From contig CAVVMW010000014.1 of NCBI GenBank assembly GCA_963749495.1, positions 192,001 to 256,000 on the forward strand: 64,000 bases of DNA, in the 5' to 3' direction. Under the pieces are notes generated by a model, which was not told where the DNA came from, made no database searches, and saw only the letters and a list, made by a program, of their open reading frames with translations. This document shows positions 44,428 through 54,341 of this stretch, piece after piece. The position numbers and the translations under genes are program-made. The number at the start of each line of letters is the position of its first letter. Within the stretch, counting starts at the first letter, position 1. Origin of the DNA: an uncultured bacterium. Lineage in GTDB: Bacteria > Verrucomicrobiota > Verrucomicrobiia > Limisphaerales > UBA8199.

Positions 44428-47400
44428 ATGAAAAAGCATCCATCTCTGCTCGGGCGCATGACGCACCTGGCGGCGCGAACACTCCTGGGCGGAGCGTTCG
44501 CATTGGCGCCGGCGCACGAGGCCTCGGCTGCGCTCACGCACCGTTACAGTTTCACCAGTGACGCCACGGACTCCGTTGGCGGCGCCAATGGCAGTCTCGA
44601 AGGCAACGTGGTCATCAGCAATAACGCCGCGGTCTTTCCCGGCGTCTCGACCGACGACTACATCGACCTGCCGGGCGGCTTAATCGATGGGTACACCTCG
44701 GTCACTTTCGAGTTTTGGTGCAACGTGGGGTCCAATGGAGCGGGGGAAGAGATTTATGCCTTTGGCAACCAGGACGCCGGCCTGGGCGCCAACATGCTCA
44801 TGTTCACGCCCCACTCGGGCGCAAACGATTTCCGCATGAGCTACGCGCAGGCGGACCCTGGATACAGCGACGAGCACGTGGTCGCCGGCCAGCCCATCCT
44901 GGACAACCAGGGCCCGCGGTGCGTCGTCTGCGTGTATGACCCGCCGAACAACAGGATGGCACTCTATACCAATGGCCTTCCGGCCGGCGCGTTGTCTCCC
45001 GTCACGACCGGCGCGCCGGCCTTCTCCCTGACCAACATCAGCAATGTCTATTCCTGGCTGGGCCGTTCGCTCTATTCGGCCGACGCCCCATACAACGGCA
45101 CGATTGATGAGTTCCGGATTTACGATGCCCCGCTAAGCGCCCTGCAGGCGCTCGTGGACGACGCGGCAGGCCCGGACCGGGTGGTTGTTGACCCGGGGGC
45201 ACTCCAGTCGCTGAGCGTGTCTGCGGCCAACCTTGGTTCCGGCGCCAGCGAACAGGCGCGGTTGCTGGCCAACTTTGCCAACATCACCGGCGTGCCCGTC
45301 ACCTATTATGCCTCCAACTGGGTCAGCAGCGCCCCGGCCATCATTGCGGTGGACAGCTCGGGCAAGCTGAGCGCGGTGAGCGCCAGCATCAGTTCGGCCA
45401 CGATCAGCGCGATGTTCAACGGCCAGACCGGCACCGCCTCAGTAGCGATCAGCGCGCTGATCACCAACCTGGCCCTCACGCCCCCCTCGGCCCCGGTGGT
45501 CAGGGGCAGCGCCCGGCTCTTCACCGTCATCGCCAGTTACAGCGACGGCACCACCCTGGATGTGACCGGGCCATGCAGCTACTCCTCCAGCGCGTCGAAC
45601 GTGCTCTCGGTGGCCTCGACTCCCACCGGGATGAAAGTGGTTGCCTTCACCAACGGCACGGCGAGCCTGACCGCCAGTTGCAAGGGCAAATCGGACGCCA
45701 AGACGATCAGCGTGAGCGCGCCGGCGCTGACCCACCGCTACAGCTTTAACGACCCCCCAACCAATCCCGATCTGACGCCCAACACCAACATCGTCGATTC
45801 GGTTGGCAGGGCCAATGCCGTGCTCCTGGGAAACGGGGGCGCGCTCCTCGGAACATACGTGTTCCTGGATGGGGGCAGCGCCGACACCGAGCACGGCTAT
45901 GTCCAGTTGCCGCCGGACCTCTTCACCAACTATGGCGCCGTTACCTTCGAGACCTGGGTCACCGACGACGGCAGCCTGGATTCGGCGCCAATCTTCGACT
46001 TCGGCCTGAACACGACGCGTTATATGTCCCTCTCACTGCCCAGCGCTTACCTGGGCTTCTTGCGCGGGTCCTACACCATCGGCGGCGAGGGCGCGGAACA
46101 GGTCGTCCAGATGATCGGACGCCCCCCCGCCAACACCCCGGTTCACATTGTCTGGACCAGCGACGGCGCCGCTCAGATGGGCCGCCTCTATGCCAACGGT
46201 CTGCTGGTGGGCACGAATAACAACCTGGCCTTGACGCCTGAAGACATCGGCACAACAACCAACAACTGGCTCGGCCGCTCGCAGTATGCCGACCCGTATT
46301 TCGCCGGGACCATTGACGAATTGCGCATCTACAACGGCGCCCTCGACCCGCTCACGATTGCGATCAACTCGGCCGCCGGACCGGATGTCATCCCCAACGC
46401 CGGCGCGCTGGCCTCGCTCACCCTGACGCTCACCAATGCTTTGTGCGCCGGCCAGGCGCAGCAAGCGGCCTTGACGGGCAATTTCGCCAATGTGGCCGCC
46501 GTTCCGATGACGACTTGCCCGCAAGTGCAGTATTCTTCGAGCAATCCCGATGTCGCCGCCGTCAATGCCCTGGGCGTCGTCGTCGCCATCAGCCCGGGCA
46601 ACGCCACCATCACCGCCGCCGCCCTGGGCAAGACCGCCGCCGCCGCCATTGTTGTCAACCCGGCGGCGATGACTCACCGCTGGAGTTTCAGCGATGCCCC
46701 CGGCAGTGGCACTGTCCACGATTCGGTTGGCGCGGCCGACGGCACGATCTCCGGCAACGTGGTGCAAACCGGCACCCAGGCGGTCTTCGACGGCTCCGCT
46801 GGGACCTTTATCCTGCTGCCCAACGACCTGTTCACCAATTACGACTCGACCTCCTTCGAGACCTGGTTCACGGACAACGGCTCGGGCGTCTGGGCGCGCC
46901 TGGTGGACATCGGCAATACGAGCGCCCGGTATATGTACCTGGACGCCGTCGGGCCCGACGGCCAGGTCCGGGCTGCCTACAACACCGGCTCCGGCGAAAA
47001 CAACAACGTCATCACCTATGGCTCACAACCCGCCACGGGCACGGAACACTACATGGTTTTCACCCAGAACGGCGTCACGCACACGGCCAGGCTCTATATT
47101 GACGGCCTCAAGGTCGTTGAAAACCAGAACTTCACCGCCAAGCCCAGGGAAGTGGGGCCGACACCCTCATCCTACATCGGCAAGTCGCAGTACAACGACC
47201 CCTATTTCAACGGCAGCATCAACGAACTGCGGACCTGGATTGGCGCGCTAACGCCGCAGCAGGTGGCCCTGAACTTTGCCGCCGGGCCCGATGCCATAGG
47301 CGTTCCGGCCACCGTCTCGCTGACCATTGTCCAGGGCATTGTCGAGGGCGCCCACTCGGTCATCATCTCCTGGCCGGCCAACTCGAGCACGGCGGGCTAC

Positions 47401-47544
47401 TCGCTCCAGTCCAGCCCGGCGCTGGGCGCGGGCGCAACCTGGGGCGCCGTCCCGGGAACCCCCGTCATCGTCAACAACACCTGCCAACTCACCGTGCAGG
47501 TCACCGGCCGGGAGGCCTTCTTCCGCCTGGCCCAGGGCCCTTGA
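44428..47544 (+). CDS. Secreted protein with three LamG-like jellyroll domains and Ig-like (Big_2) domains
   Basis: Signal peptide; three (L/M)THR(Y/W)SF..DSVG...G(R/K)S.Y.D..(F/Y).G.I.E.R repeats; YSSSNPDVAAV..G.ATITA. Confidence 0.85.
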   Translation: MKKHPSLLGRMTHLAARTLLGGAFALAPAHEASAALTHRYSFTSDATDSVGGANGSLEGNVVISNNAAVFPGVSTDDYIDLPGGLIDGYTSVTFEFWCNVGSNGAGEEIYAFGNQDAGLGANMLMFTPHSGANDFRMSYAQADPGYSDEHVVAGQPILDNQGPRCVVCVYDPPNNRMALYTNGLPAGALSPVTTGAPAFSLTNISNVYSWLGRSLYSADAPYNGTIDEFRIYDAPLSALQALVDDAAGPDRVVVDPGALQSLSVSAANLGSGASEQARLLANFANITGVPVTYYASNWVSSAPAIIAVDSSGKLSAVSASISSATISAMFNGQTGTASVAISALITNLALTPPSAPVVRGSARLFTVIASYSDGTTLDVTGPCSYSSSASNVLSVASTPTGMKVVAFTNGTASLTASCKGKSDAKTISVSAPALTHRYSFNDPPTNPDLTPNTNIVDSVGRANAVLLGNGGALLGTYVFLDGGSADTEHGYVQLPPDLFTNYGAVTFETWVTDDGSLDSAPIFDFGLNTTRYMSLSLPSAYLGFLRGSYTIGGEGAEQVVQMIGRPPANTPVHIVWTSDGAAQMGRLYANGLLVGTNNNLALTPEDIGTTTNNWLGRSQYADPYFAGTIDELRIYNGALDPLTIAINSAAGPDVIPNAGALASLTLTLTNALCAGQAQQAALTGNFANVAAVPMTTCPQVQYSSSNPDVAAVNALGVVVAISPGNATITAAALGKTAAAAIVVNPAAMTHRWSFSDAPGSGTVHDSVGAADGTISGNVVQTGTQAVFDGSAGTFILLPNDLFTNYDSTSFETWFTDNGSGVWARLVDIGNTSARYMYLDAVGPDGQVRAAYNTGSGENNNVITYGSQPATGTEHYMVFTQNGVTHTARLYIDGLKVVENQNFTAKPREVGPTPSSYIGKSQYNDPYFNGSINELRTWIGALTPQQVALNFAAGPDAIGVPATVSLTIVQGIVEGAHSVIISWPANSSTAGYSLQSSPALGAGATWGAVPGTPVIVNNTCQLTVQVTGREAFFRLAQGP

Positions 47545-47717
47545 CAAGGTCGTAGCGCAGGTTTCCAAACCTGCTGTATCGCCGACTTCCAGTCGGCAGG
47601 GCGTCGGCATGTCGAGCGCCCCCGGTTTGCGGACGGCCTGCGGGTTGGAAACCCGCGACACAGCAGGTTTGGAAACCTGCGCTACGCTGGCGCCCCTGGC
47701 GACTTTGTGAATGGCCC
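47536..47717. repeat. REP/MITE-like family A, intact copy
   Basis: Contains GCAGGTTTCCAAACCTGC (47557-47574) and GCAGGTTTGGAAACCTGC (47663-47680); its terminus supplies the stop codon of the upstream gene. Confidence 0.9.
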
Positions 47718-47865
47718 TGCCGCCCGGCGCAGTAGGCGACGGATTGGATTGACTTGGGACGGCGTCCGGATGAATAATCCGCTCGCAGTGTCAAGACACG
47801 CATTGTCCCCGGCCGTCTGCAAGGCGCGCCGGCCGCCGGGACATTCACACTGGAAAGCAGAACTT

Positions 47866-48828
47866 ATGTGCCCGAAAATGACTCGCCGCTCGTTCGTCAA
47901 GACGACCCTGATCTCCACCGCCGGCCTGGCACTGGCGGCGGAAGGGACAGCACAGGATCAGACCCCGCCCGCGCCCGCCGCCGGGACGCTGCCCAAGGCC
48001 AGGCTCGGCAAACTGCAGGTCAGCCGGATGATCCTCGGCGGCAACCTGCTCACGCACTACACCCACAGCCGCGATTTGCAGTACGTCTATTCGCTGGCCG
48101 CTCACTACAACACCGACAAGAAGATCATGGAGACGCTGGCGCTGGCCGAGGCCAACGGGATCAACACCGTCTCGATGCACAACCCGGAGCACCCGATCTC
48201 GGTCCTGCGCCGCTACCGCAAGGAGCGCGGCGGCAAGATCCAGTGGATCATTTGCCCCACCGCCCCGGTCCAGGAGGACATGGGCGAATACCGCCGCCAC
48301 GTCGAGAGCCTGATCAAGGACGGTTGCGAGGCCATTTACCTTTGGGGCGTCCACTCGGATTCCCTGATTACCCAGGGCAAGATAGACCTCATCAACAAGG
48401 CCGTGGAGTTGCCCAAGGAATACGGGGTGCCCTCGGGCGTGGGCGGGCATTCGCTGGATGTGGTCAAGACCTGCGAGGCCAAAGGCATCAAGGCGGACTT
48501 TTACATCAAGACCTTCCATCACCATAATTATCCGTCGGCGCCCAAGCCGGAGCAGTTGGCCGGCCCTTACAACGAAGTGCCCGGCTACTGGTGCCGCAAC
48601 CCCAAGGAGACTGCTGAGTTCATGAAGACCGTGCAGAAACCGTGGTTCGCCTTCAAGGTGATGGCGGCCGGGGCCATCCCCCCCAGCAATGCCTTCCGCT
48701 ATGCCTTCCAAAACGGGGCCGATTGCATCCTCGTCGGCATGTTCGATTACGAGATAGCCGAGGACGTCAAGCTGGGTGTCGAGGCCCTGGACCGGGCCAA
48801 GAACCGCGAGCGGCCCTGGACGTGCTAA
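47866..48828 (+). CDS. Tat-exported TIM-barrel protein, distant aldo/keto-reductase-like
   Basis: TRRSFVK Tat motif; LPKARLGKLQVSRMILGGN, AFKVMAAG. Confidence 0.6.
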   Translation: MCPKMTRRSFVKTTLISTAGLALAAEGTAQDQTPPAPAAGTLPKARLGKLQVSRMILGGNLLTHYTHSRDLQYVYSLAAHYNTDKKIMETLALAEANGINTVSMHNPEHPISVLRRYRKERGGKIQWIICPTAPVQEDMGEYRRHVESLIKDGCEAIYLWGVHSDSLITQGKIDLINKAVELPKEYGVPSGVGGHSLDVVKTCEAKGIKADFYIKTFHHHNYPSAPKPEQLAGPYNEVPGYWCRNPKETAEFMKTVQKPWFAFKVMAAGAIPPSNAFRYAFQNGADCILVGMFDYEIAEDVKLGVEALDRAKNRERPWTC

Positions 48829-48830
48829 GA

Positions 48831-49040
48831 AAAGGCTAAAGGCTCGGAAGAAAGGCTAAAGGCTAAAGGCTAAAGGCTAAAGGGCGGCAGGGGGCACATC
48901 GCTTCGTCCCTTTCGTCCCTTGTGTCGCTTTTGTCCCTTTTGTCCCTCAAGCCGAGGCCTCGCCGCACACCACACCACCCTCCAGCCCCTTCCCCCCCGC
49001 CTTCGGCACTTTAGCCTTCAGCCTTCAGCCTTTAGCCTTT
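48831..49040. repeat. Inverted heptamer arrays (AAAGGCT)n / (AGCCTTY)n between convergent genes
   Basis: Same unit as at 27011; arrays at 48831-48881 and 49010-49040. Confidence 0.8.
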
Positions 49041-49823
49041 CTTCACGGTGGCCCGGGTTGCGCCGGTGGTGATGCCGCCGTCCACCAGCAGGGTCTGGCC
49101 GGTGATGTAAGCGCTGGCATCGGAGGCCAGGAACACCACGGCCCCATCCAAATCGAGGGGCTGCCCGGGGCGCTTGAGCGGGATGCGGTCGCAGATGTAC
49201 TGGACCCATTCCTTGTTTTCGTAGAGCACGGCGTTTTGCTGGGTCTTGAACCAGCCGGGGGCCAGGCAGTTGACCGTGATGCCATGGACGCCCCAATCGT
49301 CGGCCAGGCTCATGGTCAACTGCTTGACCCCGCCCCGGCTGGCGCAGTAGGGGGCCAGGCCGGCAAAGCCGAAGACGCTGGTGACCGAGCCGATATTGAT
49401 AATCCGTCCGTAATGGCGGGCGATCATGCCGGGCGCGACGGCCTGGGCCACGAAAAAGCTCCCGCGCAGGTTGGTGTCCAACACCAGGTTCCAATCGTCC
49501 CAGGTCACTTCGAGGGCCGGCTTGCGCACGTTGCAGCCGGCGTTGTTCACCAGGATATCGATCTTGCCGTAATGGGCGGCGGCGGCCCGAGCCATCTGCT
49601 GGATGCTCTGGTAGTCGCGCACGTCCAGCGGCAGGGGCAGGGCCTTTCGGCCCAGGGCCTGGACCTCGCGCTGGAAAGGCTCGAGCGTCTCGGGGTGGCG
49701 GCTGGTGATGACCAGGTCCGCCCCCGCCCGCGCCAACGCCCGGCCGAAGTACTGGCCCAGCCCGCGGCTGGTCCCGGTGACGATGGCCACTTTGCCGGTT
49801 AAATCGAAGAGGTTCGTGCTCAT
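49032..49823 (-). CDS. SDR oxidoreductase (gluconate 5-dehydrogenase/KduD-like)
   Basis: TGTSRGLG, DILVNNAG, YCASR, YITGQTLLVDGG. Confidence 0.9.
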   Translation of the reverse strand: MSTNLFDLTGKVAIVTGTSRGLGQYFGRALARAGADLVITSRHPETLEPFQREVQALGRKALPLPLDVRDYQSIQQMARAAAAHYGKIDILVNNAGCNVRKPALEVTWDDWNLVLDTNLRGSFFVAQAVAPGMIARHYGRIINIGSVTSVFGFAGLAPYCASRGGVKQLTMSLADDWGVHGITVNCLAPGWFKTQQNAVLYENKEWVQYICDRIPLKRPGQPLDLDGAVVFLASDASAYITGQTLLVDGGITTGATRATVKKG

Positions 49824-49965
49824 GTTGAGGGTCGAGGGTCGAGGGTCGAGGGTCGAGGGTCGAGGGGTTTGAAATCGTGCCTGCGCGCGATGAACCGGAC
49901 GGGCGCCGACAGGCGCGCAGCGTTTTGGACTGCGGCAGTCCAAAACCTTCGGACTTGGCGCCGGT

Positions 49966-51084
49966 TCATAATAGGTGTCGAGTGTCGGGTGTCGAGGGGC
50001 GGCCGTTTTTGTTTCCCTCGCCCCTCGCCCCTCGCCCCTCGCCTCCTGCGCCGGGCGGCACCAGGACGACTTTGAAAAGGCCCGGTTCATTGCGATAGAG
50101 GCGGTCAAACCAGGCCAGCCCTTCCTGGAGCGGCGCCACGGCGCTCAACAGCGGGCCGACGCGGAGCGCGCCGCGGGCGATGGCGTCCAGACAGGCCGGG
50201 TATTCGCCGCAGGAGGCGCACGAACCCAGGAGGCTCAACTCGCGCGTGACCGCCGCCTGCAGCGGCAGTTCCACTTTGGGCGAGAGATTGCCCACCAGCG
50301 TGACGGAACCGCCTTTGCGCGCGGCGCGCACCGCCAGGTCCACGCTCTGGCTCAAGCCAACGGCCTCGAAGACTGCGTTTGCCCCCAGGCCGCCGGTGCG
50401 CGTGAGCACCTCCGCCAGGGCATCGCTCGCCCCGGCCTGGATGGCATCCGTGGCGCCCAACTTGCGCGCCAGGTCGAGCTTCTCCTGGGCCAGGTCCACC
50501 GCAACGATCTTTGCGCAGCCGGCCAGCCTGAGCGCCTGGATGACGAACAGCCCGATCATCCCTGCGCCCACCACAACCGCAGTGTCGCCCAGCGCCAGCG
50601 GCGCGCGGCCGACCGCGTGAAAGGCGATGGACACCGGCTCGACCATGGCGGCGTGCTCGAAAGAGAGGCCCTCGGGCAGGCGGTAGAGGACTCGCTGCGG
50701 CACCGCCACCAACTCGGCAAAGGCGCCGTGCTGGCGGTAGTCTTCGCAGGAAACGCCCAGGACGCGCCGATGGTCGCAGAGATTGATCCGGCCCGCGCGG
50801 CAAAAGGCGCATTGGCCGCAATAGACCGTCGAATCGAAGGTCACGCGGTCGCCCGGTTTCCAGTCCGTGACGCCGTTGCCGGTCCGGCAGATCACACCCG
50901 CCGCCTCGTGCCCCATGATGATGGGCGGACGCCGCCGGCCGGTGCTGCCGTCCATGCCGTGGACGTCGCTGCCGCAGATGCCGCAAGCCCGGACGGCGAC
51001 CAGGACCTCGCCGGGTCCGGCCTGCGGCTCTGGCACGTCTTCCAAGACCAATCGATTGTACTCTTTCAGGACCAGCGCTTTCAT
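49966..51084 (-). CDS. Zn-dependent polyol/sugar dehydrogenase (MDR family)
   Basis: CGICGSD, GHEAAG, CGQCAFC..C, VGAGMIG. Confidence 0.9.
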   Translation of the reverse strand: MKALVLKEYNRLVLEDVPEPQAGPGEVLVAVRACGICGSDVHGMDGSTGRRRPPIIMGHEAAGVICRTGNGVTDWKPGDRVTFDSTVYCGQCAFCRAGRINLCDHRRVLGVSCEDYRQHGAFAELVAVPQRVLYRLPEGLSFEHAAMVEPVSIAFHAVGRAPLALGDTAVVVGAGMIGLFVIQALRLAGCAKIVAVDLAQEKLDLARKLGATDAIQAGASDALAEVLTRTGGLGANAVFEAVGLSQSVDLAVRAARKGGSVTLVGNLSPKVELPLQAAVTRELSLLGSCASCGEYPACLDAIARGALRVGPLLSAVAPLQEGLAWFDRLYRNEPGLFKVVLVPPGAGGEGRGARGEGNKNGRPSTPDTRHLL

Positions 51085-51167
51085 GGCAATCGCTTCGGCT
51101 CTTCCGGCCACATCGCCACACCCTAATGTGGCCGCTCTGAAATGGCGATACCTTTCGTCCATCGATC

Positions 51168-51280
51168 CCGGAGTGCGCCCGTCCCCGGGCGCAGCAGCGA
51201 CGGAGCGGGCAGGCGCGCCGGAGTGCCAGACCGCTGCCCTGGCTGCGGACGTCGCTGCGCCCGAGGACGGGCGCACTCCC
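51168..51280. repeat. REP-like family B copy
   Basis: Near-identical to 21959-22060 joined to 24454-24463. Confidence 0.88.
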
Positions 51281-51342
51281 ATCTGCACCACGCTCTTGAA
51301 TGACGAGGCCTTTTCTGGCTGAATGGCCGTGGTTATGAACCA

Positions 51343-52302
51343 ATGAAAGCGAGAACTGAAATCATGAAAACTACAACAATGTCACGCCGGTATTTTCTCG
51401 GCGCTATCGGAACTGCTGCCGCCGGCTTGGGCACAGCAAGACTCCTCGGAGGCCAACTCCCCAAAGACAACATCCGCCTCGGCATGATGCTCCAAGGCGG
51501 TTCGGCCGCCGAGTTGCAGGCCAAAGCCAGGGGCATTGCCGCCGCCGGATTCGAGATCGTGCAGGTGACGTTTTTCTTCCAGCCGACTGCGGAGGAACTC
51601 CAATCGCTTGCCCGCGCGCTCAAAGACCTGAAGCTCAAAACGGTCGCCTTCGGCACCTACTTCAACCTGTTCCGACCCGACGACACCTCCTTCATGGGAG
51701 CGAGCCAAACCGCGATGAAACGGGTCGCCGCGCACGCGGCGCTGTTCGATTGCACGCAGTTCGTCACCTGGAGCGGGAGCTACTCGGCGCAGTTTGCCGG
51801 CGTCGAAGCGCGCAACCACACGCCCGAGGCCGTCTCGCGACTGCACCGCGCCATCCGCGAGGTCGTCCTGCCCATCCTCGAACCCATTGGCGGCCGCGTC
51901 GCTTTCGAGCCTTACTTCCCGCACGTCCTCGGCACGGTGGAACTGGGGAGCGAAGTGCTGGCGCCCTTTCCCGCCAGCCAGGTCGGGCTGCTGCTCGACC
52001 CGCCCAACTTCATCACCCCGGCGCTCTATCCGAAACGCGATGAAGAGATGCGCCGGCTCTTCCGCGAATTGGGCGACCGTATCCACCTCGTCCACCTCAA
52101 AGACATGAAGCTGGGCGCCGCCGGCCAGAGCGTCGACTTGCCCGGCCCCGGCGGCGGCGAGATGAACTACCCGCTGCTCATTTCCCAAATCCGCAAGCTC
52201 AACCGTCCCCTGCCCTGCATCATCGAGCACATCCAGGCCGAACCAGCCGAGATGGCCAAGACCAAGTCGTGGGTCGAGCAGCAACTGCGACAGAACCCAT
52301 GA
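51343..52302 (+). CDS. Tat-exported sugar phosphate isomerase/epimerase (AP-endonuclease-2 TIM barrel)
   Basis: SRRYFL Tat motif; FEP, LDPPN, VHLKD, PG.GEMNY, IIEH. Confidence 0.85.
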   Translation: MKARTEIMKTTTMSRRYFLGAIGTAAAGLGTARLLGGQLPKDNIRLGMMLQGGSAAELQAKARGIAAAGFEIVQVTFFFQPTAEELQSLARALKDLKLKTVAFGTYFNLFRPDDTSFMGASQTAMKRVAAHAALFDCTQFVTWSGSYSAQFAGVEARNHTPEAVSRLHRAIREVVLPILEPIGGRVAFEPYFPHVLGTVELGSEVLAPFPASQVGLLLDPPNFITPALYPKRDEEMRRLFRELGDRIHLVHLKDMKLGAAGQSVDLPGPGGGEMNYPLLISQIRKLNRPLPCIIEHIQAEPAEMAKTKSWVEQQLRQNP

Positions 52303-53819
52303 AACGAAGGACGTTCCTACAAGAGACAGCATTGGGCGCAGTGGGTCTGGCCGCCTCGAGCCCGGCGCTCCTGCGAGGCGCCCAAGAAGCGATTGCGCCC
52401 GGCACAGAGAGCCGGCCGGGATACAAGTATCGGATCGCTTTCGGCGCCTGGATTAACGACATGCGCGCCACGCCGCTGCCCCTGGAGAACTGGCCCGCGC
52501 CTCAATTCGACAACGTGGCCGTCGAGAGCGCCATCCAGGCAATGGACGTGCAGGGACCGGCGGGCTTCAACCTGCTCGATGTGTGGGGGCTGTTTGCCAC
52601 GTATGGGTGGCCGGCCGACATCGTCAGCGCGGTGGACCCGGAGCGCAGACAGCGGATCGAGCGGTTGATTCAAGCGGTCAAGGTGCGCGGCATGAGAATC
52701 GCCCTGGGCCTGGGCACCTATAGCTGGGGCTACGACAAGATCATCGCCGCCGATCCCGAGGTCCGAGGCCGGAACGCGGACGGCACCCCGCACGCCCACG
52801 CCATGTGCGACGCCCATCCGCGCGCCTTTGAATATGTCCGCAAGATCCTCGATTTCACCCTGGGCAATTTCGACTTCGGCGCGGTCCACCTGGAGTCGTG
52901 CGATTTGGGTTGCTGCATGTGCCCGCAATGCGCCGGCAGGGATGGAGTCGTGGCCTACAATGTCCGCATCAACCAGAAGACCGCTGACTACATCAAGCAA
53001 AAGTGGCCGGACAAGACGGTCTATGTCATCACGATCAACTGGGCGCCGGCCGGCAAAAACTTCAGCACGGCGCAGAAGGCCAAGGTCATCGAGTTGAGCC
53101 GGCATGTGGACTGCATCTTCGACCAAGGCCACACCGGGTACCACATCGCTCCAGCCGAGCGGCGGGAGTTCATCCAAGGTCTGCACTGCGACTACGGCAC
53201 CTCCGGCGATCTTTGGCTGTATCCGGACACCCGTTGGGACCGGGAATCGTACTTTCTCCCCTACCCCACGCGCAGCGCGGAGGCGATTCGCCGGCAATTC
53301 CAGGACGGCGTGCGAGGCTGCATGTTCTACCAGGGGCCGGTGAGCAACCCGGGCCAGGAGTTGATGATGGCCATTGGGGGCCGGCTGCTGCGAGACCCCA
53401 ACCGAACGGCCGATGAAGTGCTGGAGGAGGTGCTGATGAAGTACTACCAGCCGAAGAATGCCGAGGCAGTTGCCGGACTGAAACGCGTGGTTCAGACCGC
53501 CGAGGAGTCCTACTTCAGCGGGTGGTCCGCCGACCGGTTCCAGAAAGGCTGGGGCACGCCGTTGCCGGGCGAGTTCAAGCTGGATCAACGCCTGTTTGGC
53601 ACCAGCCCTGGACCGGCCACGTATTTGAAGGAGCCGTGCCTGGGTGCAGCCGGGCGAAAGGAATACCGGAAGGGGCTCAAGTCCATCCTGGCCGAGTTGC
53701 CGCGCCTGGAGGGCCACTGCGAGGACGGCGGCCGCCTGGCACGAATCCACCGCAGCGCCATCATTACCCTGAACCTCCTCAACACCGTGTGTTACTGCCT
53801 GGGAGAAGCAATCGACTGA
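52299..53819 (+). CDS. Tat-exported hypothetical protein, possibly glycoside-hydrolase-like
   Basis: KRRTFL Tat motif; long ORF with ATGA overlap; DLGCCMCPQC. Confidence 0.6.
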   Translation: MKRRTFLQETALGAVGLAASSPALLRGAQEAIAPGTESRPGYKYRIAFGAWINDMRATPLPLENWPAPQFDNVAVESAIQAMDVQGPAGFNLLDVWGLFATYGWPADIVSAVDPERRQRIERLIQAVKVRGMRIALGLGTYSWGYDKIIAADPEVRGRNADGTPHAHAMCDAHPRAFEYVRKILDFTLGNFDFGAVHLESCDLGCCMCPQCAGRDGVVAYNVRINQKTADYIKQKWPDKTVYVITINWAPAGKNFSTAQKAKVIELSRHVDCIFDQGHTGYHIAPAERREFIQGLHCDYGTSGDLWLYPDTRWDRESYFLPYPTRSAEAIRRQFQDGVRGCMFYQGPVSNPGQELMMAIGGRLLRDPNRTADEVLEEVLMKYYQPKNAEAVAGLKRVVQTAEESYFSGWSADRFQKGWGTPLPGEFKLDQRLFGTSPGPATYLKEPCLGAAGRKEYRKGLKSILAELPRLEGHCEDGGRLARIHRSAIITLNLLNTVCYCLGEAID

Positions 53820-54341
53820 GGCTAAGAGCGGGTTGCAGAATCAACCGCAAAGAGCACAAAGAACGCAAAAACTGAGGGAATTGAGGCGTTTCTTTGTGCT
53901 CTCTGCGTTCTTTGCGGTTGATTTTGCCACCGGCTCTAAGAAACCTTGAGAACCGCGGAACACGCGGAACACGCGGAAAGGCCAGTCGGATAGCCGCGAA
54001 AAGGCGCCTATGCCGCTCCCGGCATAGGCGCCTTTTCGCGGCTGAACTGCTCCTTTAGGCGGTGGAAATAAATAAAGGTGGCAAGAAGCCGCCGGGATTT
54101 TGGCGCCCAGCGAGGCGTGAACGAGGCGCATATCCAGTGATCTGCAACGAGTGAACAACGAAGCTGGGCGGCAAAAGAACAAGGCAGGTTGCTACCTTTA
54201 TTTATTTCCACCGCCTTAGTCCGTAGTCCGCTTAAGGGCTGGCCGCTGCCGTGTGCAGAGGCGCAGGTGCAATTGCCGCCCGTTTCCATGAAATGGGCGG
54301 CAGCCCGCTGAACCGGACGTTTTTCACTCGGCGCGGCGCGA

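Noticed and set aside
53840..54340. Possible left att site of a SNF2/SWIM island
   Set aside because: No duplicated tRNA-Ser segment or clear direct repeat found by eye; only palindromic repeats
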